The notes beneath the pieces were generated by a model. The model saw nothing but the letters and a program-made list of their open reading frames with translations, made no database searches and was not told the DNA's origin. Below, one piece after another: positions 26,903-42,081 of a stretch of 64,000 nucleotides of DNA. This DNA comes from Eledone cirrhosa. Taxonomy: Eukaryota. How positions within the stretch are numbered: the stretch's first letter is position 1; every line of letters starts with the position of its first letter. The DNA is taken from the NCBI GenBank assembly GCA_964016885.1, contig OZ024741.1, positions 257,858,001 to 257,922,000 on the forward strand, read 5' to 3'. Both the position numbers and the translations under genes were made by a program.

Positions 26903-29900
26903 GTTTCGCTTTACGAGTGTTTCGACTTACGAGTGTTCCGACTTACGAGTGTTTCGACTTACGAGTGTTTCGACTTACGAGTGTTTCGACTTACGAGTGT
27001 TTCGACTTACGAGTGTTTTGACTTACGAGTGTTCTGACTTACGAGTGTTCTGACTTACGAGTGTTTCGACTTACGAGTGTTCTGACTTACGAGTGTTCTG
27101 ACTTACGAGTGTTCCGACTTACGAGTGTTTCGACTTACGAGTGTTTCGACTTACGAGTGTTTCGACTTACGAGTGTTTCGGCTTACGAGTGTTTTGACTT
27201 ACGATTGTTCTGACTACGAGTGTTCTGACTTACGAGTGTTTCGGCTTATGAGTGTTTCGACTCACGAGTGTTTCGGCTTATGAGTGTTTCGACTTACGAG
27301 TGTTTCGGCTTACGAGTGTTTCGACTTACGAGTGTTTCGACTTACGAGTGTTTCGACTTACGGGTGTTTCGACTTACGAGTGTTTCGACTACGAGTGTTT
27401 CGACTTACGAGTGTTTCGGCTTACGAGTGTTTCGACATACGGGTGTTTCGACTTACGGTGTTTCGGCTTACGAGTGTTTCGACTTACGAGTGTTCTGACT
27501 TACGAGTGTTCTGACTTATGAGTGTTCTGACTTACGAGTGTTCTGACTTACGAGTGTTCCGACTTACGAGTGTTTTGGCTTACGAGTGTTTCGGCTTACG
27601 AGTGTTTCGACTTACGAATGTTTCGACTTACGAGTGTTTCGACTTACGAGTGTTTAGACTTACGAGTGTTTTGACTTACGGTGTTTCGGCTTACGAGTGT
27701 TTCGACTTACGCGTGTTTTGACTTACTGGTGTTTTGACATAAGAGTGTTTCGATACGAGTGTTTCGACTTACGAGTGTTCTGACTTACGAGTGTTCTGAC
27801 TTACGAGTGTTCTGACTTACGAGTGTTCTGACTTACGAGTGTTCCGACTTACGAGTGTTTCGGCTCACCAGTGTTTCGGCTTACGAGTGTTTCGACTTAC
27901 GAAAATAACAAATAGACGCGGTTTCAAATCTCTATGCTTTTCAAATTCATTACATTAATCTTTATTTATACGTTTCGCTTTACGAGTGTTTCGACTTACG
28001 AGTGTTTCGACTTACGAGTGTTTCGGCTTACGATTGTTTTGACTTACGAGTGTTTTGACTTACATGTGTTTCGACTTACGCGTGTTTCGACTTACGAGTG
28101 TTTCGACTTGCGAGTGTTTCGACTACGGGTGTTTCGACTTACGAATGTTTTGACTTACGGATGTTTTGACTTACGGGTGTTTCGGCTTACGAGTGTTTCG
28201 ACTTACGAGTGTTCTGACTTACGAGTGTTCTGACTTACGGGTGTTCTGACTTACGAGTGTTCCGACTTACGAGTGTTTCGGCTTAAGAGTGTTTCGGATT
28301 ACGAGTGCTTCGACTTACGAGTGTTTCGGCTTACGAGTGTTTCGACTTACGAGTGTTCTGACTACGAGTGTTCTGACTTACGGGTGTTCTGACTTACGAG
28401 TGTTCCGACTTACGAGTGTTTCGACTTACGAGTGTTTCGGCTTTCGGGTGTTTAGACTTACGAGTGTTTCGGGTTACGAGTGTTTCGACTTACGAATGTT
28501 TTCGCTTACGAGTGTTTCGGCTTACGAGTGTTTCGACTTACGAGTGTTTCGACTTACGAGTGTTTTGACTTACGGTTTTTCGGCTTGCGAGTGTTTCGAC
28601 ATACGAGTGTTTTGACTTACGGGCGTTTCGACTTACGGGTGTTTCGACTTACGAGTGTTTCGACTTACGAGTGTTCTGACTTACGAGTGTTCTGACTTGC
28701 GAGTGTTCCGACTTACGAGTGTTTCGGCTTACGAGTGTTTCGACATACGAGTGTTTTGACTTACGAAAATAATAAATAGACGCGGTTTCAAATCTCTATG
28801 CTTTTCAAGTTCATTACATTAATCTTTATTTATACGTTTCGCTTTACGAATGTTCCGACTTACGGGTGTTTCGACTTACGAGTGTTTCGACTTACGAGTG
28901 TTCCGACTTACGAGGGTTTCGGCTTACGGGTGTTCCGACTTACGAGTATTTTCGGCTTACGAGTGTTTCGACTTACGAGTGTTTTGACTTACGGGTGTTT
29001 TGACATACGAGTGTTTCGATACGAGTGTTCTGACTTACGAGTGTTCTGACTTACGAGTGTTCTGACTTACGAGTGTTCCGACTTACGAGTGTTTCGGCTC
29101 ACGAGTGTTTCGGCTTACGAGTGTTTCGACTTACGAAAATAATAGATAGACGCGGTTTCAAATCTCTATGCTTTTCAAGTTCATTACATTAATCTTTATT
29201 TATACGTTTCGCTTTACGAATGTTTCGACTTACGAGTGTTTCGGCTTACGAGTGTTTCGACTTACGAGTGTTCTGACTACGAGTGTTCTGACTTACGGGT
29301 GCTCTGACTTATGAGTGTTTTGACTTACGAGTGTTTCTACTTACGAGTGTTCCGACTTACGAGGGTTTCGGCTTACGGGTGTTCCGACTTACGAGTATTT
29401 TCGGCTTACGAGTGTTTCGACTTACGAGTGTTTTGACTTACGGGTGTTTTGACATACGAGTGTTTCGATACGAGTGTTCTGACTTACGAATGTTCTGACT
29501 TACGAGTGTTCTGACTTACGAGTGTTCCGACTTACGAGTGTTTCGGCTCACGAGTGTTTCGGCTTACGAGTGTTTCGACTTACGAAAATAATAAATAGAC
29601 GCGGTTTCAAATCTCTATGCTTTTCAAGTTCATTACATTAATCTTTATTTATACGTTTCGCTTTACGAATGTTTCGACTTACGAGTGTTTCGGCTTACGA
29701 TTGTTTTGACTTACGAGATTTTTGACTTACGGGTCTTTCGACTTAGGAGTGTTTCGACTCACGAGTGTTTCGGCTTACAAGTGTTTCGTCTTACGAGTGT
29801 TTCGGCTTACGAGTGTTTCGACTTACGAGTGTTCTGACTACGAGTGTTCTGACTTACGGGTGTTCTGACTTACGAGTGTTCCGACTTGCGAGTGTTTCGG

Positions 29901-32900
29901 CTTATGAATGTTTCGACTTACGAGTGTTTCGGCTTACGAGTGTTTCGACTTACGAGTGTTTCGGCGTACGATTGTTTCGACTTACGAATGTTTTTGCTTA
30001 CGAGTGTTTCGACTTACGAGTGTTTTGATTTACGGTGTTTCGGCTTACGAGTGTTTCGACTTACGAGTGTTTTGACTTACGGGTGTTTTGACATACGAGT
30101 GTTTCGATACGAGTGTTCTGACTTACGAGTGTTCTGACTTGCGAGTGTTCCGACTTACGAGTGTTTCGGCTTACGAGTGTTTCGACATACGAGTTTTTTA
30201 ACTTACGGGTGTTTCGACTTACGTGTGTTTCGACTTACGAGTGTTTCGGCTTACGAGTGTTTCGGCTTACGAGTGTTTCGGCTCACGAGTGTTTCGACTT
30301 ACGAGTGTTTCGACTTACGAGTGTTTCGACTTAAGAGTGTTTCGACTTACGAGTGTTTCGACTTACGAGTGATTTTGCCATACGGGTGTTTCGGTTTACG
30401 AGTGTTTCGACTTACGAGTGTTCTGACTTACGAGTGTTCCGATTTACGAGTGTTTCGACTTACGAGTGTTTTGACTTACGAGTGTTCCGACCTACGAGCG
30501 TTTCGGCTTATGGGAGTTCCGACCTATGAGTGTTTCGACTTACGAGTGTTTTGACTTACGAGTGTTTCGGCTTACGAGTGTTTCGACTTACGAGTGTTTC
30601 GACTTACGAGTGTTTTGACTTACGAGTGTTTTGACTTACGGTGTTTCGACTTCCGAGTGTTTTGACTTACGGGTGTTTTGACATACGAGTGTTTCGATAC
30701 AAGTGTTCTGACTTCCGAGTGTTTTGACTTACGAGTGTTCTGACTTACGAGTGTTATGACTTACGAGTGTTCTGACTTACGAGTGTTCCGATTTACGAGT
30801 GTTTCGGCTTATGAGTGTTTCGACTTACGAATGTTTTTGCTTACGGGCGTTTCGACTTACGAATGTTTTTGCTTACGAGTGTTTCGGCTTACGAGTGATT
30901 CGACTTACGAGTGTTTTGACTTAAGGGTGTTTTGACTTACGGGTGTTGTGAATTACGAGTGTTCCGATTTACGAGTGTTTTGACTTACGGTGTTTCGGCT
31001 TACGAGTTATTCGACTTACGAATGTTTTGACTTACGGGTGTTTCGGCTTGCGAGTGTTTCGACTTACGAGTGTTTCGGCTTATGAGTGTTTCGACTTACT
31101 AATGTTTTTACTTACGAGTGTTTCGGCGTACGAGTGTTTTAACTTACGAGTGTTTCGACTTACGAGTGTTTTGACTTACGAATGTTTTGACTTACGGGTG
31201 TTTCGGCTTACGAGTGTTTCGACTTACGAGTGTTTCGGCTGGCGAGTGTTTCGACTTACGAGTGTTTTGACTTAAGGGTGTTTCGACTTACGAGTGTTTC
31301 GACTTACGAGTGTTTCGACTTACGAGTGTTTTGGCTTACGAATGTTTTGACTTACGGGTGTTTCGACTTACGGGTGTTTCGACTTACGAGTGTTTCGACT
31401 TACGAGTGTTTTGACTTACGAGTGTTCTGACTTACGAGTGTTCTGACTTAAGAGTGTTCCGACTTACGAGTGTTCCGACTTACGAGTGTTTCGGCTTACG
31501 AGTGTTTCGGCTTACGAGTGTTTCGGCTTACGAGTGTTTTGACTTACGAGTGTTCTGACTACGAGTGTTCTGACTTACGGGTGTTTGGACTTACGAGTGT
31601 TCCGACTTACGAGTGTTTCGGCTTATGAGTGTTTCGACTTACGGGCGTTTCGACTTACGCGTGTTTCGACTTACGAGTGTTTTGACTTACGAGTGTTCTG
31701 ACTTAGGAGTGTTCTGACTTACGAGTGTTTCGGCTTACGCGTGTTTCGACGTACGAGTATTTTTGGCTTACGAGTGTTTCGACTTACGAGTGTTTTGAAT
31801 TACGATTGTTTCGGCTTACGAGTGTTTCGACTTACGAGTATTTCGACTTACGAGTGTTTTGACTTATGGGTGTTTTGACATACGATTGTTTCGATACGAG
31901 TGCTCTGACTTACGAGTGTTCTGACTTACGAGTGTTCTGACCTACGAGTGTTCTGACTTACGGGTGTTCTGACTTACGTGTGTTCCGACTTACGAGTGTT
32001 TCGGCTATGGGTGTTTCGACTTACGAGTGTTTCGACTTACGAATGTTTTGGCTTACGAGTGTTTCGGCTTACGAGTGTTTCGACTTACGAATGTTTTGGC
32101 TTACGAGTGTTTCGGCTTACGGGTGTTTCGACTAATGAGTGTTTCGACTTACGAGTGTTTTGACTTACGGTGTTTCGGCTTACGAGTTGTTTGACATACG
32201 AGTGTTTCGACTTACGGGTGTTTCGACTTACGGGTGTTTCGACTTACGAGTGTTTCCACTTACGAGTGTTCTGACTTACGAGTGTTCTGACTTACGAGTG
32301 TTCCGACTTACGAGTGTTTCGGTTTACGAGTGTTTCGACACACGAGTGTTTTGACTTACGGGGGTTTCGACTTACGGGTGTTTCGACTTACGGGTGTTTC
32401 GGCTTACGAGTGTTTCGACTTACTAATGTTTTTACTTACGAGTGTTTCGGTGTACGAGTGTTTCGACTTAAGGATGTTTCGGCTTACGAGTGTTTCGACT
32501 TACGGGTGTTTCGGCTTACGAGTGTTTCGACTTACTAATGTTTTTACTTACGAGTGTTTCGGTGTACGAGTGTTTCGACTTAAGGATGTTTCGGCTTACG
32601 AGTGTTTTGACTTACGGGTGTTGTGAATTACGAGTGTTCCGATTTACGAGTGTTTTGACTTACGGTGTTTCGGCTTACGAGTTATTCGACTTACGAATGT
32701 TTTGACTTACGGGTGTTTCGGCTTGCGAGTGTTTCGACTTACGAGTGTTTCGGCTTATGAGTGTTTCGACTTACTAATGTTTTTACTTACGAGTGTTTCG
32801 GCGTACGAGTGTTTTGACTTACGAGTGTTTCGACTTACGAGTGTTTTGACTTACGAATGTTTTGACTTACGGGTGTTTCGGCTTACAAGTGTTTCGACTT

Positions 32901-35900
32901 ACGAGTGTTTCGGCTGGCGAGTGTTTCGACTTACGAGTGTTTTGACTTAAGGGTGTTTCGACTGACGATTGTTTCGACTTACGAGTGTTTCGACTTACGA
33001 GTGTTTCAGCTTACGAGTGTTTCGACTTACGAGTGTTTCGACATACGAGTGTTTCGACTTACGAATGTTTTTGCTTACGGGTGTTTCGACTTACGAATGT
33101 TTTTGCTTACGAGTGTTTCGGTTTACGAGTGTTCCGACTTACGAGTGTTCCGACATACGAGTGTTTCGGCTTACGAGTGTTTCCGGCTTACGAGTGTTTC
33201 GACTTACGAGTGTTTCGACTTACGAGTGTTTTGACTTACGGTGTTTCGGCTTACGAGTGATTAGACTTCCGAGTGTTTTGACTTACGGGTGTTTTGACTT
33301 ACGGGTGTTGTGAATTACGAGTGTTCCGATTTACGAGTGTTTTGACTTACGGTGTTTCGGCTTACGAGTGATTCGACTTACGAATGTTTTGACTTACGAG
33401 TGTTTCGGCGTACGAGTGTTTTGACTTACGAGTGTTTCGACTTACGAGTGTTTGGACTTACGAATGTTTTGACTTACGGGTGTTTCGGCTTACGAGTGTT
33501 TCGACTTACGAGTGTTTCGGCTTGCGAGTGTTTTGACTTACTAATGTTTTTACTTACGAGAGTTTCGGCGTACGTGTGTTTCGACTTACGAGTGTTTTGA
33601 CTTATGGGTGTTTCGACTTACGAGTGTTTCGACTTACGAGTGTTTCGACTTACGAATGTTTCGGATTACGAGTGTTTTGACTTGAGGTTGTTTCGACTTA
33701 CGAGTGTTTCGATACGAGTGTTTCGACTTACGAGTGTTCTGACTTACGGGTGTTTTGACATACGAGTGTTTCGATACGAGTGTTTCGACTTACGAGTGTT
33801 CTGACTTACGAGTGTTCTGACTTACGAGTGTTCTGACTTACGAGTGTTCTCACTTACGAGTGTTCCGACTTACGAGTGTTCCGATTTACGAGTGTTTCGG
33901 CTTACGAGTGTTTTGATTTACGAGTGTTTTGACTTACGGGTGCTTCGACTTACGCGTGTTTCGACTTACGAGTGTTTCGACTTACGAGTGTTTCGACTTA
34001 CGAGTGTTTCGGCTTACGAGTGTTTTGACTTACGAATGTTTTGACTTACGATTGTTTCGGCTTACGAGTGTTTCGACTTACGAGTGTTCTGACTACGAGT
34101 GTTCTGACTTACGGGTGTTCTGACTTACGAGTGTTCCGACTTACGAGTGTTTCGGCTTATGAGTGTTTCGACTTACGAGTGCTTCGACTTACGAGTGTTT
34201 TTGCTTACGGGTGTTTCGACTTACGAATGTTTTTGCTTACGAGTGTTTCGGCTTACGAGTGTTTCGGCTTATGAGTGTTTCGACTTACGAGTGTTTTGAC
34301 TTACGGGTGTTTTGACATACGAGTGTTTCGATACGAGTGTTCTGACTTACGAGTGTTTCCGCTTACGAGTGTTTCGGCTTACGAGTGTTTCGACTTACTA
34401 ATGTTTTTACTTACGAGTGTTTCGGTGTACGAGTGTTTCGACTTAAGGATGTTTCGACTTACGGGTGTTTCGGCTTACGAGTGTTTCGACTTACGAGTGT
34501 TTTGACTTACGAGTGTTCTGACTTATGAGTGTTCCGACTTACGAGTGTTCCAACTTACGAGTGTTTCGGCTTATGAGTGTTTCGACTTACGGGCGTTTCG
34601 ACTTACGGGTGTTTCGACTTACGAGTGTTTTGACTTACGAGTGTTCTGACTTACGAGTGTTCTGACTTACGAGTGTTCCGACTTACGACTGTTTCGACTT
34701 ACGAGTGTTTTGACTTACGAGTGTTCCGACTTACGAGTGTTTCGGCTTACGGGTGTTTCCACGTACGAGTATTTTTGGCTTACGAGTGTTTCGACTTACG
34801 AGTGTTTTGAATTACGATTGTTTCGGCTTACGAGTCTTTCGACTTACGAGTGTTTTGACTTATGGGTGTTTTTACATACGAGTGTTTCGATACGAATGCT
34901 CTGACTTACGAGTGTTCTGACTTACGAGTGTTCTGACTTACGAGTGTTCTGACTTACGTGTGTTCCGACTTACGAGTGTTTCGGCTATGGGTGTTTCGAC
35001 TTACGAGTGTTTTGACTTACGGGTGTTTCGACTTACGGGTGTTTCGACTTACGAGTGTTGCGACTTATGAGTGTTTCGACTTACGAGTGTTCTGACTTAC
35101 GAGTGTTCTGACTTACGAGTGTTCCGACTTACGAGTGTTTAGGTTTACGAGTGTTTCGACACATGAGTGTTTCGACTTAATAGTGTTCTGATTTACGAGT
35201 GTTCTGACTTGCGGGTGTTCTTTTTTACGAGTGTTCCGACTTACGAGTGTTTCGGCTTATGAGTGTTTCGACTTACGAGTGTTTCGGCTTACGAGTGTTT
35301 CGCCTTATGGGTGTTTCGACTTACGAGTGTTTTTACTTACGGTGTTTCGGCTTCCGAGTGTTTCGACATACGAGTGTTTTGACTTACGGGTGTTTCGGCT
35401 TACGAGTGTTTCGACTTACGAGTGTTTCGGCTTACGAGTGTTTCGACTTACTAATGTTTTTACTTACGAGTGTTTCGGCGTACGAGTGTTTTGACTTACG
35501 AGTGTTTCGACTTACGAGTGTTTCGACTTACGAGTGTTTTGACTTACGAATGTTTTGACTTACGGGTGTTTCGGCTTACGAGTGTTTCGACTTACGAGTC
35601 TTTCGGCTTACGAGTGTTTCGATTTACTAATGTTTTTACTTACGAGTGTTTCGGCGTACGAGTGTTTCGACTTACGGGTGTTTTGACTTACGGGTGTTTC
35701 GGCTTACGAGTGTTTTGACTTAAGGGTGTTTCGACTTACGAGTATTTTTGGCTTACGAGTGTTTCGACTTACGAGTGTTTTGACTTACGAGTGTTCTTAT
35801 TTACGGATGTTTCGACATACGAGTGTTCAGACTTACGAGTGTTCCGACTTACGAGTGTTTCGGCTTACGAGTGTTTCGGCTCAAGAGTGTTTCGACTTAC

Positions 35901-38900
35901 GAGTGTTCTGACTTACGAGTGTTCTAACTTACGAGTGTTCTGACTTACGAGTGTTCTGACTTACGAGTGTTCCGACTTACGAGTGTTTCGGCTCACGAGT
36001 GTTTCGGCTTACGAGTGTTTCGACTTACGAAAATGACAAATAGACGCGGTTTCAAATCTCTATGCTTTTCAAATTCATTACATTAATCTTTATTTATACG
36101 TTTCGCTTTACGAGTGTTTCGACTTACGAGTGTTTCGACTTACGAGTGTTTCGGCTTACGAGTGTTTTGACTTACGAGTGTTTTGACTTACATGTGTTTC
36201 GACTTACGCGTGTTTCGACTTACGAGTGTTTCGACTTGCGAGTGTTTCGACTACGGCTGTTTCGACTTACGAATGTTTTGACTTACGGATGTTTTGACTT
36301 ACGGGTGTTTCGGCTTACGAGTGTTTCGACTTACGAGTGTTTCGACTTACGAGTGTTTTGACTTACGAGTGTTTTGACTTACGGTGTTTGGGCTTACGAG
36401 TGTTTCGACTTACGAGTGTTTTGACTTACGGGTGTTTTGACATACGAGTGTTTCGATACGAGTGTTCTGACTTACGAGTGTTCTGACTTACGAGTGTTCT
36501 GACTTACGAGTGTTCTGACATACGTGTGTTCTGACTTACGAGTGTTCCGATTTACGAGTGTTTCGGCATATGAGTGTTTCGACTTACGAATGTTTTTGCT
36601 TACGGGTGTTTCGACTTATGAATGTTTTTGCTTACGAGTGTTTCGGCTTACGAGTGTTTCGACTTACGAAAATAACAAATAGACGCGGTTTCAAATCTCT
36701 ATGCTTTTCAAATTCATTACATTAATCTTTATTTACACGTTTCGCTTTACGAGTGTTTCGACTTACGCGTGTTTCGACTTACGAGTGTTTCGACTTACGA
36801 GTGTTTCGACTTACGAGTGTTTCGACTTACGAGTGTTTCGACTTACGAGTGTTCTGACTTACGAGTGTTCTGACTTAGGAGTGTTTCGACTTACGAGTGT
36901 TCTGACTTAGGAGTGTTCTGACTTACGATTGTTCCGACTTACGAGTGTTTCGACTTACGAGTGTTTCGATACGAATGCTCTGACTTACGAGTGTTCTGAC
37001 TTACGAGTGTTCTGACTTACGAGTATTCTGACTTACGTGTGTTCCGACTTACGAGTGTTTCGGCTATGGGTGTTTCGACTTACGAGTGTTTCGACTTACG
37101 AATGTTTTGGCTTACGAGTGTTTCGGCTTACGAGTGTTTCGACACATGAGTGTTTTGACTTACGGGTGTTTCGACTTACGGGTGTTTCGACTTACGAGTG
37201 TTTCGGCTTACGAGTGTTTCGACTTACTAATGTTTTTACTTACGAGTGTTTCGACTTAAGGATGTTTCGATTTACGAGTGTTTCGACTTACGAGTGTTTC
37301 GGCTTACGTGAGTTTCGACTTAAGAGTGTTCTGATTTACGAGTGTTCTGACTTGCGGGTGTTCTGATTTACGAGTGTTCCGACTTACGAGTGTTTCGGCT
37401 TATGAGTGTTTCGACTTACGAGTGTTTCGGCTTACGAGTGTTTCGCCTTATGGGTGTTTCGACTTACGAGTGTTTTTACTTACGGTGTTTCGGCTTCCGA
37501 GTGTTTCGAGATACGAGTGTTTTGACTTACGGGTGTTTCGGCTTACGAGTGTTTCGACTTACGAGTGTTTCGGCTTACGAGTGTTTCGACTTACTAATGT
37601 TTTTACTTACGAGTGTTTCGGCGTACGAGAGTTTTGACTTACGAGTGTTTCGATCTACGAGTGTTTCGACTTACGAGTGTTTTGACTTACGAATGTTTTG
37701 ACTTACGGGTGTTTCGGCTTACGAGTGTTTCGACTTACGAGTCTTTCGGCTTACGAGTGTTTCGACTTACTAATGTTTTTACTTACGAGTGTTTCGGCGT
37801 ACGAGTGTTTCGACTTACGAGTGTTTCGACTTACGGGTGTTTTGACTTACGGGTGTTTCGGCTTACGAGTGTTTTGACTTAAGGGTGTTTCGACTTACGA
37901 GTATTTTTGGCTTACGAGTGTTTCGACTTACGAGTGTTTTGACTTACGAGTGTTCTGATTTACGGATGTTTCGACATACGAGTGTTCAGACTTACGAGTG
38001 TTCCAACTTACGAGTGTTTCGGCTTACGAGTGTTTCGGCTCACGAGTGTTTCGACTTACGAGTATTTCGACTTACGAGTGTTTCGACTTACGAGTGTTTC
38101 GACTTACGAGTGTTTTGACTTACGGTGTTTCGGCTTACGAGTGTTTCGACTTACGAGTGTTTTGACTTACTGGTGTTTTGACATACGAGTGTTTCGATAC
38201 GAGTGTTTCGACTTACGAGTGTTCTGACTTACGAGTGTTCCGACTTACGAGTGTTTCGGCTCACGAGTGTTTCGGCTTACGAGTGTTTCGACTTACGAGT
38301 GTTTCGACTTACGAGTGTTTCGGCTTACGAGTGTTTTGACTTACGAGTGTTCCGACTACGAGTGTTCTGACTTACGAGTGTTTCGGCTTATGAGTGTTTC
38401 GACTTACGAGTGTTTCGGCTTATGAGTGTTTCGACTTACGACTGTTTCGGCTTACGAGTGTTTCGACTTACGAGTGTTTCGACTTACGAGTTTTTCGACT
38501 TACGGGTGTTTCGACTTACGAGTGTTTCGACTACGAGTGTTTCGACTTACGAGTGTTTCGGCTTACGAGTGTTTCGACATACGGGTGTTTCGACTTACGG
38601 TGTTTCGGCTTACGAGTGTTTCGACTTACGAGTGTTCTGACTTACGAGTGTTCTGACTTATGAGTGTTCTGACTTACGAGTGTTCTGACTTACGAGTGTT
38701 CCGACTTACGAGTGTTTCGGCTTACGAGTGTTTCGACTTACAAGTGTTATGACTTACGAGTGTTCTGACTTATGAGTGTTTTGACTTACGAGTGTTCTGA
38801 CTTACGAGTGTTTCGACTTACGAGTGTTTCGACTTACGAGTGTTCTGACTTACGAGTGTTCTAACTTACGAGTGTTCTGACTTACGAGTGTTCTGACTTA

Positions 38901-38967
38901 CGAGTGTTCCGACTTACGAGTGTTTCGGCTCACGAGTATTTCGGCTTACGAGTGTTTCAACTTACGA

Positions 38968-39036
38968 AAATAACAAATAGACGCGGTTTCAAATCTCTAT
39001 GCTTTTCAAATTCATTACATTAATATTTATTTATAC
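38968..39036 (+). repeat. 69-bp cassette, haplotype B sub-variant ATTAATATTT (representative)
   Basis: The ACATTAATATTTAT variant also occurs at 42930 and 47546. Confidence 0.88.
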
Positions 39037-39636
39037 GTTTCGCTTTACGAGTGTTTCGACTTACGAGTGTTTCGACTTACGAGTGTTTCGGCTTACGAGT
39101 GTTTCGACTTACGAGTGTTTTGACTTACTGGTGTTTTGACATACGAGTGTTTCGATACGAGTGTTTCGACTTACGAGTGTTCTGACTTACGAGTGTTCTG
39201 ACTTACGAGTGTTTCGACTTACGAGTGTTCTGACTTAGGAGTGTTCTGACTTACGAATGTTCCGACTTACGAGTGTTTCGACTTACGAGTGTTTTGACTT
39301 ACGAGTGTTTCGACTTACGAGTGTTTCGGCTTACGAGTGTTTCGACTTACGAGTGTTTCGACTTACGGGTGTTTCGACTTACGAGTGTTTCGACTTACGG
39401 GTGTTTCGACTTACGAGTGTTTCGACTACGAGTGTTTCGACTTACGAGTGTTTCGGCTTACGAGTGTTTCGACATACGGGTGTTTCGACTTACGGTGTTT
39501 CGGCTTACGAATGTTTCGATACGAGTGTTCTGACTTACGAGTGTTCTGACTTACGAGTGTTCTGACTTACGAGTGTTCCGACTTACGAGTGTTTCGGCTC
39601 ACGAGTGTTTCGGCTTACGAGTGTTTCAACTTACGA

Positions 39637-42081
39637 AAATAACAAATAGACGCGGTTTCAAATCTCTATGCTTTTCAAATTCATTACATTAATCTTTATT
39701 TATACGTTTCGCTTTACGAGTGTTTCGACTTACGAGTGTTTCGACATACGAGTGTTTCGGCTTACGAGTGTTTTGATTTACGAGTGTTTTGACTTACGGG
39801 TGCTTCGACTTACGCGTGTTTCGACTTACGAGTGTTTCGACTTACGAGTGTTTCGACTTACGAGTGATTCGACTTACGAATGTTTTGACTTACGGGTGTT
39901 TCGGCTTGCGAGTGTTTCGACTTACGAGTGTTTCGGCTTATGAGTGTTTCGACTTACTAATGTTTTTACTTACGAGTGTTTCGGCGTACGAGTGTTTTGA
40001 CTTACGAGTGTTTCGACTTACGAGTGTTTTGACTTACGAATGTTTTGACTTACGGGTGTTTCGGCTTACGAGTGTTTCGACTTACGAGTGTTTCGGCTGG
40101 CGAGTGTTTCGACTTACGAGTGTTTTGACTTAAGGGTGTTTCGACATACGAGTGTTTCGACTTACGAGTGTTTCGACTTACGAATGTTTCGGCTTACGAG
40201 TGTTTTGACTTAAGGGTGTTTCGACTTACGAGTGTTTTGATACGAGTATTTCGACTTACGAGTGTTCTGACTTACGAGTGTTCCGACTTACGAGTGTCTC
40301 GGCTTACGAGTGTTTCGGCTTACGAGTGTTTCGACTTACGAGTGTTTCGACTTACGAGTGTTCCGACTTACGGGTGTTTCGACTTACGAGTGTTTTGGCT
40401 TACGGTGTTTCGACTTACGAGTGTTTCGGCTTACGAGTGTTTTGACTTAAGGGTGTTTCGACTTACGAGTGTTTCGATACGAGTGTTTCGACTTACGAGT
40501 GTTCTGACTTACGATTGTTCTGACTTACGAGCGTTCTGACTTACGAGTGTTCTGACTTACGAGTGTTTCGGCTTACGAGTGTTTCGGCTTACGAGTGTTA
40601 TGACTTACGAGTGTTTCGACTTACGAGTGTTCCGACTTACGGGTGTTTCGACTTACGAGTGTTTTGGCTTACGGTGTTTCGGCTTACGAGTGTTTCGAGT
40701 TAAGAGTGTTTTGACTTACGCGTGTTTTGACATACGAGTGTTCTGATTTACGAGTGTTCTGACTTACGAGTGTTCTGACTTACGAGTGTTCTGACTTACG
40801 AGTGTTCTGACTTACGAGTGTTCTGACATACGTATGTTCTGACTTACGAGTGTTCCGATTTACGAGTGTTTCGGCATATGAGTGTTTCGACTTACGTATG
40901 TTTTTGCTTATGGGTGTTTCGACTTACGAAAGTTTTTGCTTACGAGTGTTTCGGCTTACGAGTGTTTCGACTTACGAAAATAACAAATAGACGCGGTTTC
41001 AAATCTCTATGCTTTTCAAATTCATTACATTAATCTTTATTTACACGTTTCGCTTTACGAGTGTTTCGACTTACGAGTGTTTCGACATACGAGTGTTTCG
41101 GCTTACGAGTGTTTTGATTTACGAGTGTTTTGACTTACGGGTGCTTCGACTTACGCGTGTTTCGACTTACGAGTGTTTCGACTTACGAGTGTTTCGACTT
41201 ACGAGTGATTCGACTTAAGAATGTTTTGACTTACGGGTGTTTCGGCTTGCGAGTGTTTCGACTTACGAGTGTTTCGGCTTATGAGTGTTTCGACTTACTA
41301 ATGTTTTTACTTACGAGTGTTTCGGCGTACGAGTGTTTTGACTTACGAGTGTTTCGACTTACGAGTGTTTTGACTTACGAATGTTTTGACTTACGGGTGT
41401 TTCGGCTTACGAGTGTTTCGACTTACGAGTGTTTCGGCTGGCGAGTGTTTCGACTTACGAGTGTTTTGACTTAAGGGTGTTTCGACATACGAGTGTTTCG
41501 ACTTGCGAGTGTTTCGACTTACGAATGTTTCGGCTTACGAGTGTTTTGACTTAAGGGTGTTTCGACTTACGAGTGTTTCGATACGAGTGTTTCGACTTAC
41601 GAGTGTTCTGACTTACGATTGTTCTGACTTACGAGCGTTCTGACTTACGAGTGTTCTGACTTACGAGTGTTTCGGCTTACGAGTGTTTCGGCTTACGAGT
41701 GTTATGACTTACGAGTGTTTCGACTTACGAGTGTTCCGACTTACGGGTGTTTCGACTTACGAGTGTTTTGGCTTACGGTGTTTCGGCTTACGAGTGTTTC
41801 GAGTTAAGAGTGTTTTGACTTACGCGTGTTTTGACATACGAGTGTTCTGATTTACGAGTGTTCTGACTTACGAGTGTTCTGACTTACGAGTGTTCTGACT
41901 TACGAGTGTTCTGACTTACGAGTGTTCTGACATACGTATGTTCTGACTTACGAGTGTTCCGATTTACGAGTGTTTCGGCATATGAGTGTTTCGACTTACG
42001 TATGTTTTTGCTTACGGGTGTTTCGACTTACGAAAGTTTTTGCTTACGAGTGTTTCGGCTTACGAGTGTTTCGACTTACGA
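39637..42081 (+). repeat. Tandem 1341/1104-bp module pair
   Basis: Cassette spacings are 1341 and 1104 bp, with matching pseudo-ORFs 39668/41009 and 39789/41130. The 237-bp difference equals an internal 237-bp repeat in the first copy (TAAGGG at 40211 and 40448). Confidence 0.85.

Larger units (their letters stand above)
2200..36000 (+). repeat. Two imperfect copies of a ~16-18 kb super-repeat (about 2.2-20.1 kb and 20.1-36.0 kb)
   Basis: Collinear landmarks: 2287/20219 and 2735/20667 (offset 17932), 4340/22303 and 7339/25302 (17963), 9894/25541 (15647), 11600/27934 (16334), 13862/29765 and 16075/31978 (15903), 17925/33844 (15919), 19983/35726 (15743). Confidence 0.8.
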
